Part shown: positions 35,066 through 47,796 of the stretch, piece after piece | Numbering within the stretch: position 1 is the stretch's first letter | Layout of the letters: each line of letters opens with the position of its first letter | Origin: Antedon mediterranea | Taxonomy: Eukaryota; Animalia; Echinodermata | Direction: 5' to 3' | DNA: 64,000 nucleotides | Assembly (NCBI RefSeq): GCF_964355755.1 | Contig: NC_092678.1 | Coordinates: 6,464,422-6,528,421, forward strand | Notes under the pieces: generated by a model | The model's database searches: none | What the model was told of the DNA's origin: nothing | The model's input: the letters and a program-made list of their open reading frames with translations, nothing else | Translations under genes and position numbers: made by a program

Positions 35066-35696
35066 AGTTTGATAGTAAAATTGAGGTTACAATATAATAT
35101 GATATTGTTATCAGCCTCAATCATAAATTCATTTTAATATGTATTCATACTTTTGTACTTCAACAAAAATGATGTTATGCTTCATTGAAAATGTCCATAA
35201 AGTAATATTCAGTGAGCGGCATTATCAAAGATGTGAATTGGTGAGCTTACTAACTTACCCACACTTAAATGACACGATATAACAAGTACAAGAGAATTCT
35301 TGTGTTACCCTAAAAGCCCTATTTAGATAACACAAAGAAAAACATTAATTATAAGGTTACGAGGGATATGAAAGCAAGCGGGTGTTTTTCAAGAAAGCAG
35401 GAATACCGCTTGTATTGTGCGTTACCTTTGACGCATACTGTTTTTCTACATGCAAAACATGTACACCTTGTTTGTGTTTCTTTACCGCGATTGTTCCAAA
35501 GTCACAGCTTGGAAAATCAGGCTTACTGTGGCAAAATTGTTTTGTTTGCAATTTAAATGTTTGCTTCTATTCAAAGGTTCTTTTAGGCTTCAAAGGCCGC
35601 CTATTTGAGGTGGATTTAAGACACTTTAAACAATGAGGTTATATTGTTGACCAACTTTCCGTGTTTGATAACCTTTCTGAATTACAGCGTATAATA

Positions 35697-35860
35697 CAGT
35701 TGAACCCCTCTTTTAAGACACCCTTTTTCAGAGGACATCTCTTTTCAGAGGCACTTTTTAACGTTAAGCGAACAAGGAAAAATAGGTTACTTTACTATAT
35801 TAAGGGGGACACCTTAAGTTAGGGGCTCATAAAAGTGTCATTTTAATAGGGTGTCTACTG
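35697..35860 (+). mobile_element. CAGTAGAACC-family Tc1/mariner MITE
   Basis: TA|CAGTTGAACCCCT...AGGGTGTCTACTG|TA with GGACAC repeats. Confidence 0.75.
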
Positions 35861-37592
35861 TATACTCTTTACTTGTACAGTATATGCGAATGTTCACATG
35901 GCTACTAACCATTACCGTTGTCAAATTTAGCTGCCTGTTCACACACGCATTCACTATATAACCATTATTTATACTGATGTTATAGTATGGTAGGAAAGGG
36001 GGCTTACCATGGATTACTATGATTTATTATTTTTTAACATGGATTTTTCTAATCCTGCTTATTAATTATCAAATTTTGATGTTCTCAAGATGAATATTGT
36101 CCTATGGAGTCTCTTTGGGGCCATGTTGATGGGAATCTTGAATGTAGTAGGAATACAATGAACTATATACTGAATGCGTTTTGTACCAGGGTTTTAATTT
36201 ATGTGAAGCAGACATATCTGAGTGGTTACCTCAGTCACCTAAATGGAGCGTAATTTAGCAGATACAATCTATACATTGTGCATTAGATGGCTTTATGTCT
36301 TTTTGCCTAATAAATAAATCAACAACTTCCATCCGCCTAATAAAGGAATGTAGCATAATTAATTTAGTTTGCCTTTTGTGTGTAGAAATGTGAGTAGATC
36401 AATTTATAAAAAAGGTTTGACATTAATTTTCAGATTTTCTTTTATTTTATCATCTCTTCCATCATACAGTACTTGAAAGTCAAATACAGTAATAAGAGTA
36501 TTTAACGGCGATCAAAAGCTTCATTTGATTAATTACTACAGTACTAATGATTGAAATGATGCATCATTAACTTTTGTTATGGCCCATCACGTCTCTGTCT
36601 TACCCCCAGGCTATGTCTAATTGAGTGAATGGGCGTGGGTTGTAACTGCCAACTGATCATTAGCTTTGTTAAAGATATTACAGAGTTGCTTTGATTGCCA
36701 TTCTCGCAGATCTACAATAACCTTATTGTCATTTTAATAAGATTTATCTATTTTTATTTCAGGTAAAATAAACAAAATATGGTTTTTTGATTAATAAAAC
36801 ACCTGATTGTTTAAATATAAATGTTTATATAAAAAACGAAGAATATCTTTATATACAAAATACAGGCCATGACCAGGACAAAGAGAATTCATTATCTCTT
36901 GGCTTTCACTGTCTTGTTTACTTTAATCGCAAATTCTTAATTCACTACCTACGGAATAGATGGTAATTATTCTTGCTTATCTTAACCGAATTTTGCAATT
37001 CTGTGTCGATCGACGTAGTAATTAGCTCACAATTTTCGTGTGTACTACATCTCCAAGTTGATAGCCATGCTCATCTCCGTTTATGAATGGCCTAGAAAAT
37101 GTTTCAATCAGCCGCGTTGCAAATCATTCCGATACTCATTCAGCAAACAGATGTCGCGTAATTTCATTCTATGAATCATCGTCGTAAAAACGATCGCGGG
37201 ATCATTCGGATTGAGGGCATGAATCAATGTAGTGAACTAAACGTTTACGGATAATAACCAATAATTTGACTCGTCCGTTGGCGGAACAATTAAATTTGAG
37301 AATATGGATCTTAATTGGTATATCCCAGAGGCACGATGCACAGCTATAATTTATTAGTAGTGATAAACTTAACATTCGCAGCTAATTATTAATGCCGTGA
37401 GCTGTCTGTTAATTTCCCTTTCACTTTCATGTTAAGAAACATAAAAGTTTATTGGTTAACATAGGCCACCTCCCAGAAGATTGCAAATGTCACAAAGAAA
37501 AAAAAAATTCTAAAGGACTACTATTACTGCAAGATTTATTAACAAAATATTACATTGAAATTACTTCAGAGTGAAAGGCACATAAAGGCATC

Positions 37593-38025
37593 CTTTGTTT
37601 GCACACACCCTTTGGTTGGAGAGACACGCCCTTTGGTTAGAGAGAAATGCCCTTTGGTTGGCGATATACTCTACGTCTTTTGTTTGGAGAGATATTGTAC
37701 GCCCTTTGGTTGGAGAGATACGCCCTTTGATTGGAGATATACGCCCTTTGGTTAGGCAGACGCGCCCTTTGGTTAGACAGAAACGCCCTTTGGTTAGACA
37801 GAAACGCCCTTTGGTTGAAGAGACACACCCTTTGGTTGGAGAGATACATCCTTTGGTTGAAGAGACACACCCTTTGGTTGGAGAGATACATCCTTTGGTT
37901 GGAGAGACACATTCTTTGGTTGGAGAGACACATCCTTTGGTTGGACAGACACGCCCTTTAGTTGAAGAGACATGCCCTTTGTTTGAATAGACACACCCTT
38001 TGGTTGGAGAGACACACCCTTTGGG
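37593..38025. repeat. 21-bp minisatellite, about 20 units
   Basis: Consensus CACACCCTTTGGTTGGAGAGA; explains the stacked repetitive ORFs on both strands. Confidence 0.93.
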
Positions 38026-38913
38026 GTTAGTAATCAATGACAACTATTTGATTTCATTTCAATTATTTTAAAAACTACAAGAATTTATTATATTTCTATT
38101 TTCCTGTTTCATGTTAGTATATCCATAAATCAATTAAGATAATATCTTTTTAAAAATTGTTATCAAAATAATCTGAGATCACTTATCTTGGTTTGGTGCT
38201 TTTAAAAAATCAGAAAAAATCAATAAATGAATTTCAATATTGTTTGACTCATCTTCAATGAATTTTAAATTGACTGAATCATGCACAAAAATATGACAAG
38301 ATTCACGGACAAGTGTGAGACCAGACACTTTGAGATGTGACTTTGAACGCAAATGTCGCGCTCCAGTGAATCGTCTCAAACCAAGCAACACAATGTTATT
38401 CTTTACTGACCTTGAGAGATGCCGGTGATCCGTTCCCTTATCGCGATGATAAATCTTATTGTTACGTAAAAAGGTGATTGCAATCATTGAGGCGTTTAAT
38501 GAATTGCTATTTATGTAATATATAGTAAATCACCTGATTAGTCACATGATTAGACGTAATATGCAAGATTAGAATCATTTTAGTACGACAAAGCTTGTTA
38601 CATTTTGTTGCAGGCATTATGAAATTTGATACCCGTACTACAGTACTTGCACTACAGTAGCGTCTACTGCTGTGAGATTTTAACACTGTGAGATTTTAAC
38701 ACTTTGTGTAAAGGCATTTAAAATCCAATTCCATACTCGTAATACTACTTAAAGTATTATCTATAAATCCAGAATAATTTTTTAATTTATTGTAATCAAC
38801 TTCAGACTGAACGAGGATTTGAAAACAATTAATATAAATCCTACTTTTAAGCATCTAATATAAAAATATTGATTGAAAAAATCTTATGTATGAATTAGCA
38901 CATTTAGTAAAAT

Positions 38914-38985
38914 GGAGCTGTGGCTTGGTGGTTAACCTGATTGCCTTCCAATCCCAAAGTCCAGGGTTCAATCCCCTATACTCTG
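38914..38985 (+). mobile_element. tRNA-derived SINE head
   Basis: TGGCTTGGTGGTTAA (A box) and GGTTCAATCCC (B box) at tRNA-like spacing; stems degenerate. Confidence 0.55.
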
Positions 38986-39044
38986 GCACCCTCTAAGCCT
39001 CAAATAAGACCTACTGCAGCACCTACAGATCACACACTTTGCAC

Positions 39045-39185
39045 ACCATAGAGACCCAATTCTTTTTCGATTTGTGTACCATGTTCTTTATTGTGCAATG
39101 TATGTATACAGGACCAACAGCTTTATGTCCCATTTGAAGGACAAGGTTATCTTGCCCAACACAGAGTTTCAAACCCATGCCTGTC
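39045..39185 (-). mobile_element. tRNA-derived SINE body (Nin-domain-like core)
   Basis: CCATGTTCTTTATTGTGCA...GGACCAACAGCTTTATGTCCCATTTGAAGGAC...TCTTGCCCAA...TTTCAAACCCA (reverse B box); homologous to 62880-62985. Nin-like label is from memory of the family. Confidence 0.55.
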
Positions 39186-39814
39186 ATACAACCTGATATC
39201 ACTTTATATATAGTATTATGTCATATTGTTCATAATGTATGGTTGTGCTATGCTATTTGTTAATTGACCAAATGATTGTGACTTTAGAAATATAATAATA
39301 TAGAGACCAGCAGGTTAAAGTTTTCCAAGTTAGATAAAAGTTGATTGATCCACTCAAGGACATTTTTACTGTACTTTCAAATGTCTTCACTTCTGTTTTA
39401 TTTGAAGAAGTTAATTGTTGTACATCAAGGCCATTTCATATAATAAATATTTTTGTGTACTTCCTAATAGTATTTCTATCTCAGTTTCATCAGTTATATT
39501 TTATTTAAACAAGTTCTTTGTTATACATTAAGGTCATTCCATTGTTTTTACAACAGATTTTTGTCTATTTCTCAGTATTTTCATCATTTTCACCTCTCAT
39601 GTGTATTGCTACCTATGGGGTCGTAGATTTGTCAGTATGTTTCTGACATATGATCTTTTGAGAGTAAGCAGTTGTTTCTCAGCACGTCCTTTTCTTTTGA
39701 AGTTAAAAAATTGTCTTCATTGTTCTTTGGTTTAACGCCAAACAGGATAAGTGTTTTCAACTTCTTAATGTTTAAATAAATTACTGAAAAGAGATGTGGT
39801 CATTCTATAGTGTA

Positions 39815-39922
39815 CAGTAGAAACATATTAAGGGAAAACCCAATCAAGAGGACACCCTTGAGATCTCACACTAGCAAAGTGTTCACTAAATTTAATGGGT
39901 ATTACATAATAGAGATTTTCTG
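39815..39922 (+). mobile_element. Degenerate CAGTAGAACC-family MITE
   Basis: TA|CAGTAGAAAC..AAGAGGACACC..TAATAGAGATTTTCTG. Confidence 0.55.
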
Positions 39923-40682
39923 TGGATAAGGATTAGCTGTAAAAGTAAAAACTTATATTTATCCTTGTTTGTTTCACAGAAAAGTCTCTTTGAAGAAGTT
40001 CTACTGTTAAACTGAAGAAGTCTATCTTCTAATATCTTAATAACAATTCAGCACCGATTCCTATTATGGTATTTCATAAGTGTACTTGGCTATGAAATTC
40101 TTATTTAAGTTGGCAAAATTTAGGCTCAAATTGTTAAATCTATAGATAGCTAGCCCATTTGGCCTTATTGATTGATAGTGCTACCCATAGGCAAAAATAT
40201 TCTAGCTGAGTGTTATTCATTCATTTACTCTGATATGTTATAAATACCAAAATTCTATGATATCAATCTATGAATTAAAAGTCAACAGCCTAGACTGCTT
40301 TATCCTCTTACCTTTTAATAGACTTGAGGGTGAACATTGCTTATTTTATCTAGGTAATTCTACACGCAAGCCATCAAACCATCTTGAGCAGGCCTAGAAC
40401 TTTAATAGCTCTTTGCTAAACACTTACCATGTTTGGTCTAGTTTCTGCACTAGCACAACAATGCTCACCTTTGGTTTAAAAATTAAAAATTGTATCATGG
40501 GATAATAAATAAAATGAAATAATAATTCTCACAATTAGTTTTATATATATATAATAGAAGTTCATATTTAGCTATGCTATTTCATAAACTACAAATAAAG
40601 AACTTTGTGTTTTCATATTCTAACCTATTCTCAATCTTTGTTCAAGTTTCATGAAATTATATATATAAAGTGTACAATCTTA

Positions 40683-41689
40683 GGGCCTGTTCAGACCTAC
40701 GGAGTTATGCTTTCGTATTGTACGCGGCGTACAAGTCCATAGGTCTGAACCAGGAAAAGATTAGTGGAAGCCACCTCGTACGACACTGATATTTCGTACG
40801 CTACGAAAGCTCAAGGTATGAGTTTAGTGGACGTCGCTTACAATACGAAAGTCACGCATCGATGAATATGACCTAGGTTAGATATCTAGCCAATCAAATT
40901 ACAATATTCGCCACATCACATCGTGACATGTGCTCCTCATCGTATAGCCAAGCTGATCCATTTGTTGTGATCGGTGAACGTGCGAAAAAATCATACCTTT
41001 TGTTTGTTGTTACACTAGGTATACAGTATTATTATTATTAATATTATTATATTAATTAATTTAAAATGTCATCGAAGCGTGCGCATTGGCGAGAAACCGA
41101 AGTAAAATACCTTATTTCATTGTGGGGAAGCCCTGAGTTTAGAGATCGGTTGGAAGTGAAAAACTGGCGTAAAAGCACCGGCAACAAGATGTCCGTGTTC
41201 AACGAGATGGCGGACACGTTAGCAGATGGGCCATCCTCATAATAAAGAAGGATTTAAATTATATCCAAACGAAATTGAAGGGGTCGTCGTATAAAGCGGC
41301 GAAAGACCGAGTAAATAAGTCTGGAGCCGGTGCAAGTACGGGATTTGAACATTTTTCTGCCATTAATGATATTTTAGGCCTAGACCAAATATAAACCCAA
41401 ACCCCAAAACGATCGGCTGGTTGGTATGCCTAACAACCCATCGATAATTCCGAGCCCAAGTGTTCGGTCTAGGCCTGTAACTCTTACCCCAACCACTACT
41501 ACTTTTAATAACAACGAAGGTAGGTCTATACGTGCGTTAGAGTTTGGTTAATCGCCAGCGAGTGACATCATATCCGTTTGTAACGCAACTTCGTTGCAAT
41601 GAATCTGAACACTTTGCTCTTACGACACTCATTAAAATATGACCTTGGCTGTGATACGAAAGCATAACTCCGTAGGTCTGAACATACCC
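40683..41689. mobile_element. PIF/Harbinger deletion derivative
   Basis: TIR GGG(CC/TA)TGTTCAGACCTACGGAGTTATGCTTTCGTAT, TTA TSD; carries a Myb/SANT-like remnant. Confidence 0.9.
41066..41390 (+). pseudogene. Disrupted Myb/SANT-like (trihelix) DNA-binding ORF of the Harbinger element
   Basis: MSSKRAHWRETEVKYLISLWGSPEFRDRLE...NKMSVFNEMADTL, then after a disruption IQTKLK..YKAAKDRVNKSGAGASTGFEHFSAINDILG. Confidence 0.75.
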
Positions 41690-41975
41690 TTATACTAGGT
41701 ATTCAGTGATTAGGTATTAAATAGATTTGTCACTGGCGTCCATTAAATAAGAATGCTGGCTAATTGCTTTCCAAAGCTGATAATTGTTGGAACACCTGAT
41801 GTGATAGGCCTTGGTTGATGATATGTTTAAATTGGCCATCCTCTGTAGATTATGAACATTGATGCTATACTGTAGAACGTTTTTCTACTAACAAATAAAG
41901 AGAAAGGCTCCTATTCTAAAAATAGAAATAAAAAACATAATAAAGAACATCAAGTTGAAAGTTGGCATGATCTTT

Positions 41976-42591
41976 GGGCGCGTTTATACAACACGCTATT
42001 ACACGCATATTCAACGCCTACGAGAAGTGTGTTGTATAACATAAAAGAGATTCCGTGTAATGCGATTTTAATTGCAAAAAAGGCTACTTGGCTGAATCCT
42101 AAAATTTTGTAGATTCCCGGTTGCTGTTGGCTTGTTGGACGTGTCCTCAGGGTATTGTTTTGACCTCTCATTAAATGAAAGTAGGTGCTGTGAAATTGTT
42201 GACCAAATCTAGTAGATAATTGTGCTTTTTTTGCATCTTTTAACCGATTTAGCAACGCTAATCAAATGTTGGCGTAATTTGGCAAAATGTAGCATAGTTT
42301 TATCCTAATTCTAAACATTTTTTTCCCCTAATTTCAAAAGCAGATTTAAAAACTCAATAACTGAATAAACTAAATTTTAAACAAAATCATCCTTTATTAA
42401 AATCCTTTATAAAACGTATTAATTCATAATGCATGAGAGTATATACACAATTTAGGATTATGAACTACGGTATAACACGGTATTACTATTTCATGTATAA
42501 CTGCAAGGTTTTTGTGGGGTTAACCTTGGCCCGTGCAACACGCTAAACATTAAAGACGTGTTCAAATTTAGGGTGTTGTATAAACACAGCC
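41976..42591. mobile_element. Harbinger-like MITE
   Basis: GGGCGCGTTTATACAACAC / GTGTTGTATAAACACAGCC imperfect TIR; left 200 bp shared with 8666. Confidence 0.65.
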
Positions 42592-43281
42592 TATGTCTTA
42601 TACAGTAGTTGCCATACCTTCTTTAATTCGAGTATAGATGATGCACTGGAAATGTTTGGTCGAACCTAAAAGTACCATTTGATATTCATGATTAAAAGTT
42701 ACAAAGAATACAAATCAAGAAATAACAACTGTAATTAGAAATGTATTCTTATTTTTATTTAATTGCTGGATAACCTTGATTTCTCTTTGTACTTAGAGAT
42801 GTGAACTAGTTTACCTAAACGTAAATAGTAATAAACATAAATGATGATAATAATTAGACATAATTATTGACAAAGACAATATTCAATTGATTGAACAGTT
42901 TAGCGTAGATTAACAAAGAACAATCGAAAGCAATTATCGCTAATAGAAGATAATAGTTTCCAATGCAGATTTGAAAATTGTGAATAAATGCCTCACTTAA
43001 CCTTCATTACTACACTAAAATACTTGCACTTATGTACCATAGTTCTGTTTCAGTTGTTACACAATATAGACTGGCATCACGCATTTGGTGGGTGCCAATA
43101 ACAATATACTGCTCGCCCGTCAATATTTAAAGAACTCCAACATTGGTGGCATATCTATCAGTGGGTGAAAGGGCGCTTTCCCTCTGGTGAATGCATGTTT
43201 TGGGAAGTCAACACCATCTTTGACTTGCATCTTTTCTGTTTATCTAACAATGCTGCTGTTCCTGCCAAATATGCTTTCTCA

Positions 43282-43430
43282 TCCAAAAATAGCCAACTCT
43301 TATAGAGAAATGTCAACATTTTCTAGCCTGTTTATGTTGCATTCAGTAGTAATACTGTTTCTTATCCCAAAATAGCCAGCTCTTTTAGAGAAATGTCAAC
43401 ATTTTCTAGTCTGTTTATGTTGCATTAACA
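43282..43430. repeat. Local tandem duplication, period about 82 bp
   Basis: AAAATAGCCA(A/G)CTCTT(A/T)TAGAGAAATGTCAACATTTTCTAG twice. Confidence 0.8.
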
Positions 43431-46369
43431 GTAGGCCTACATACATCTAGTTTTGTCCATGGGTAGGGTGGGGGAAAGGATAAGAAGAGCATCTTTCCTA
43501 AACTATAGCTTGACATTTTATGTGGAAAGTAAGCATGTGTACCGAACGAAATAATCCCTTAATGATAAACAAATGTAGATGTTATTTTACAAGATATGAA
43601 CTCTAAGCCTGAGGAGATATCAGTAGCTTTAACAGTTTTCGGTCACTTTCCCGGCACGTCGTTTGACTATTGAGGATGCTAGCTGGAGGGGATAAAGCCT
43701 TATCTATTAAAACAGCTTGGTTTGTTCCTAAATATTCACTAATTTCTGTAGCAATTAGTGTAATCACTTGGAAACATTTGGAATGTTTGGATCCATGAGA
43801 AGAACATGACCTCTGTCAATGTATACAATCATTGTACATATATATACATATATAAACATACTACAAAGTGATGTCTACATGGGCACAGTTTTAATTTAAG
43901 CAATTAATGCAAACAGGTTGCCAAGTAGTTACAGGTGTATGAATATTAATATTACCTGGTTACTTCCCTCTAAAATTAATACTTGTTTAGTATTTGAATG
44001 GAATAGGGAAGTATTTTAATTTGATTATTAGGACAGACTGTGTTTGGAACTTATAAACTTAATTAAAGCTAACTAGACTAACTACTGATTAGACTATTAG
44101 AACTAAACCGACTGAGTAAAACTAAAATAATGTATTGTATAATTGTGGAATATAGAAAATGTACTGTAGGTTTAATGTTATGTATAGTAAGATGGGGGTG
44201 GTGCTATCTAACATGAACATACCATGCTATACCCAGTGGCATATTGGTCTGTCTACATATTATGCATCAGGAATATCTCGAGTTCGACTCATTGCATTGC
44301 TGACTGGTTTAGAGTCTCTGTTTTTATTTAAATATTAATTAGTTATATAATTAGTTAGATATAGCTGTATATTTTATTATTATTATCAAGTGTTTATAAC
44401 GATGAGTAAGCTACTAGATTAAATGCATGGTGGGCCTGTCTGTTTCTTTTTGTATTTTTAGAAGCAAAAACCGAACATTATCTTTTTGAACAGTCGGTGG
44501 TTTTGAATTTTCTTCACTGGTGTTTTTGATGTTGATTGAACTGTACAAGTGCAAAATCAGTTTGACAGGCCCACATGAAAGCTATGTACCTGTGAAAGCC
44601 ACATAGCTTACAAAAGTCTCTTTCCTTTTTTGTAATGTCAAAACTACTTTGCCATCAAAACGTGACAAGCTTCAGTAACCTGTCCAGTGTATGATGTCAA
44701 GTAAAAGGCAATGCCCAGGGTTTGAGGTGTTCCTAACCCAGAGGGGTTAAATGACACCGCATGCCTTGTTTCTCTTACCTCTCTTGTCGAACAAGTTGTT
44801 CCTCGTCATAGGTTTCTCAGACTGAGATCTCCTACTGTTTTCACACCGGTATTGTATGTTTAATAAATCGACAGATCGATTAGAACTGCCAACGTACGTA
44901 TAAACTTGAATAGATTCAACACACAGGTGAACGTGTAGTATTTTAAATGTTTACATGCCAAACATACGTGTGTACAAAGCGGTGCTCTGAAAGGATTAGG
45001 TCTTTGACTTCACTTATACCACCCCTGGTGGACGAGGAGGGGTTGATGTGTGTGTAAACACTGTATATATTCTCACTCTGGAAGAATGCTATCCCAAGTT
45101 AGCACAGTTTCCAATTCAAGGAGAATGAAACCAACAAAAATCGATGTACATCAATTTTAAATTTTTAGTTTACCACAAAAATGTTTAAATTATAATATGA
45201 AAACATTACATTTTAGAGAAAAACATGGCACTATCGGTATCAAATTTGAAAAAAAAAATCCAGACATGTCAATCTTGAATCTTGACGATGTGCTGACTTA
45301 TAAACTTGAAATGTTTACCCATGGAGATTTGTTTACATTTTTGTTTTTACATTAAAATAATAGATATGAATTATTTCCTTCCAATGATCTGAACTATACC
45401 ATCAAGTTGCGTTATTCCTTGCCAAGTTTTCAAATCAGGTTTATTCAACCCTCTCCTACCATTTAAAATTGACAAGCCCATCAATGACAGCCACAGATCA
45501 TCATAGAATAATAGATAGAATATTATGCCAATAGCTAAGATTGATCATGTAATATTTACACATAGTGGTCATTGCCCTAAGCTGGTTAATCCCCTTATGA
45601 TCACTTACAATAATTTTCAGGGTCATGTAAAGTTGTGGTGATTTATTATATCAGAAATTATTTTAGATAACCCAAGTTTTTTTTTCAACCCACAGTATTT
45701 CTAGGTATTGGCATAGATAGTAACTTGAAAGGTAAAAGAACTTTTGCTACTTTATAGGTCTTCAGCATTTTGAAATATTGAAGGCGAATGGTCAATAATA
45801 ATTGTTGATAATATATACTTTTCAAAATTATTTTGTTACATAGGGAGAGGTTCAGGTCTCGCTGACCATGTTTGTGGAGTACAAAAATGATATTTAAGCT
45901 GACCAAATTAGTTGCATCAGGTGCTCTGTTGAACTTGCAATATTCTTGATAGGTTTCAGATATATTCAACGTAATGTATACAACCAAGCATATAGTCCCT
46001 TTTGAAACTAGAGATCAGCAGTGAAAGTATGGTAAAAATACCAATGTTTGGCCCCTTTGCGGAGAATTAACCTTTATTTAAAAAATTCTGGCTACGGACT
46101 TGATAACACACATTTGTTTTAAACAAATTAAAGCACTATAAAGATCACAAGGACAAATTTTTGTTTCATTTTTCATATAGTGGATTAGACCAACTGGTCC
46201 CATCCATCATAAATCTCTTACTTGACTTCAGCCTGACTATGCAAAATACCTGCACTCAAGTTTTAAGAGAGACTTTATAAGGCCTAGACAATAACAGGTT
46301 TAATGTTAACCTTTTTGTCCAGAAATTTTGATTTAATATCTGAAAAAGTGCAGTGACATGGTGAATGAT

Positions 46370-47225
46370 AGAATACAGATAAAGAAGATATAGATGAGGA
46401 AAAAGAGGAAAGTAAGACAAAGCAGAAACGAAAGCAGAAAGAAAATAGAAAGGATAGGTTAAACAGAACAAGTTCAAAAGTAAAAGAGGAAACACAAGAC
46501 AAAAACAGAAAAAGTACAGAGAAGAAAAACAGAAAGGTCAGAGGTGAAAGAGAAAGAACAGAAAGTAAAAACAGAAAGGACAGAGAAGAAAAACAGAAAT
46601 TTCAAAGGAGAAAGAAATTACAGAAAGGTCAGAGATAAAAGAGAAAGGACAGAGAAGAAAAACAGATAAAGGTCAGAGGTAAAAAAGAAAGGACAGAGAA
46701 GAAAAACAGAGAAAGGTCAGAGGTAAAAGAGAAAGGACAGAGAAGAAAAACAGAGAAAGGTCAGAGGTAAAAGAGAAAGGACAGAGAAGAAAAACAGAGA
46801 AAGGTCAGAAGAAAAGAGAAAGAGAAAGCACAGAAGAAAAACAGATAAAGCTCAGAAGAGAAGTGAAGAGAAAGGACAGAGAAGAAAACAGGGAAAGGTC
46901 CAAACAGAAGAGAAAGAAAGAGAAAGGACAGAGAAGAAAAACAGATAAAGGTCAGAGGTAAAAGAGAAATAGAAAGGACAGAATAAAAACAGATAAAGCT
47001 CAGAAGAGAAGTGAAGAGAAAGGACAGAGAAGAAAACAGAGAAAGGTCCAAACAGAAGAGAAAGAAAGAGAAAGGACAGAGAAGAAAAACAGATAAAGGT
47101 CAGAGGTAAAAGAGAAAGGTCAAAGGAGAAATAGAAAAGGCAGGGAGAATTAATTGGGGGCATTCTGTAAAATGGTAGTAGATAAGGTACAGAAGTAGAA
47201 GTAAGAAAAGGAAAGAAAGAACATT
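46370..47225. repeat. Purine-rich (A/G) minisatellite, 44-bp core unit with a higher-order duplication of about 148 bp
   Basis: AAAAGAGAAAGGACAGAGAAGAAAAACAGAGAAAGGTCAGAGGT repeated at 44-bp period (46671, 46715, 46759). Confidence 0.88.
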
Positions 47226-47796
47226 AAAACTATAGGTTCTTCAAAATATAGCATAGAATTGTTTTCATTTATTTAAAACAAATCTCAGCATAAATTGCCA
47301 ATTTATCCTAATTGCCAAAACCAAGCTGGGAGTCCAATATAGAAAATTGCCAGGAAATCCCTGCTATTTGATTTAATTTGAATAAATGTATTCTTAATCT
47401 TTTGCCAGTCTCTGGAGAAGGTTCTCTCATTAAATGTAATTGGACAGAGAATGATAAATGTAAACTTTGGGTATGTCTGAAATATTGCTGGATTGAACTT
47501 TCATGTTGGTGTTTGTAAAAGTGTATGTTTTTGTAAAGAAACAACAAGTTTGTAAGTTGGTGCATTGAAGTTACAATCATGTTAAGTTACAATACTTGAA
47601 ATATAAATCAAAAGATGTTACTTGAACTAGGAAATAATTTAAACTTTAAAGAAGGTTACTTGGCAGATTTATTTTGATGTTGCAGAAGTCATCTATTTCA
47701 GGCAAAGAAAAACAAAATTGAGTGGTTCCAAGAATATTGGGTTGTTTACACCTAAAATAGAACTTGGGCCAGCACCAAATCATCTGTCATAAGTAG

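Noticed and set aside
36740-36775. Strong-looking acceptor TTTTTATTTCAG|GT as PDZRN exon 4
   Set aside because: Reads VK then stop; does not encode the expected VNG..LS continuation.
37555-38043. Stacked ORFs and a possible CRISPR-like array
   Set aside because: Head-to-tail 21-bp units with no unique spacers and no cas genes; a minisatellite.
45430-45490. Minus-strand GLSILNGR resembling a LINE endonuclease motif
   Set aside because: Flanking residues do not extend the match; too short to support.
46256-47163. Hydrophobic F/L/S-rich minus-strand ORFs
   Set aside because: Translation of the polypyrimidine strand of a low-complexity repeat.
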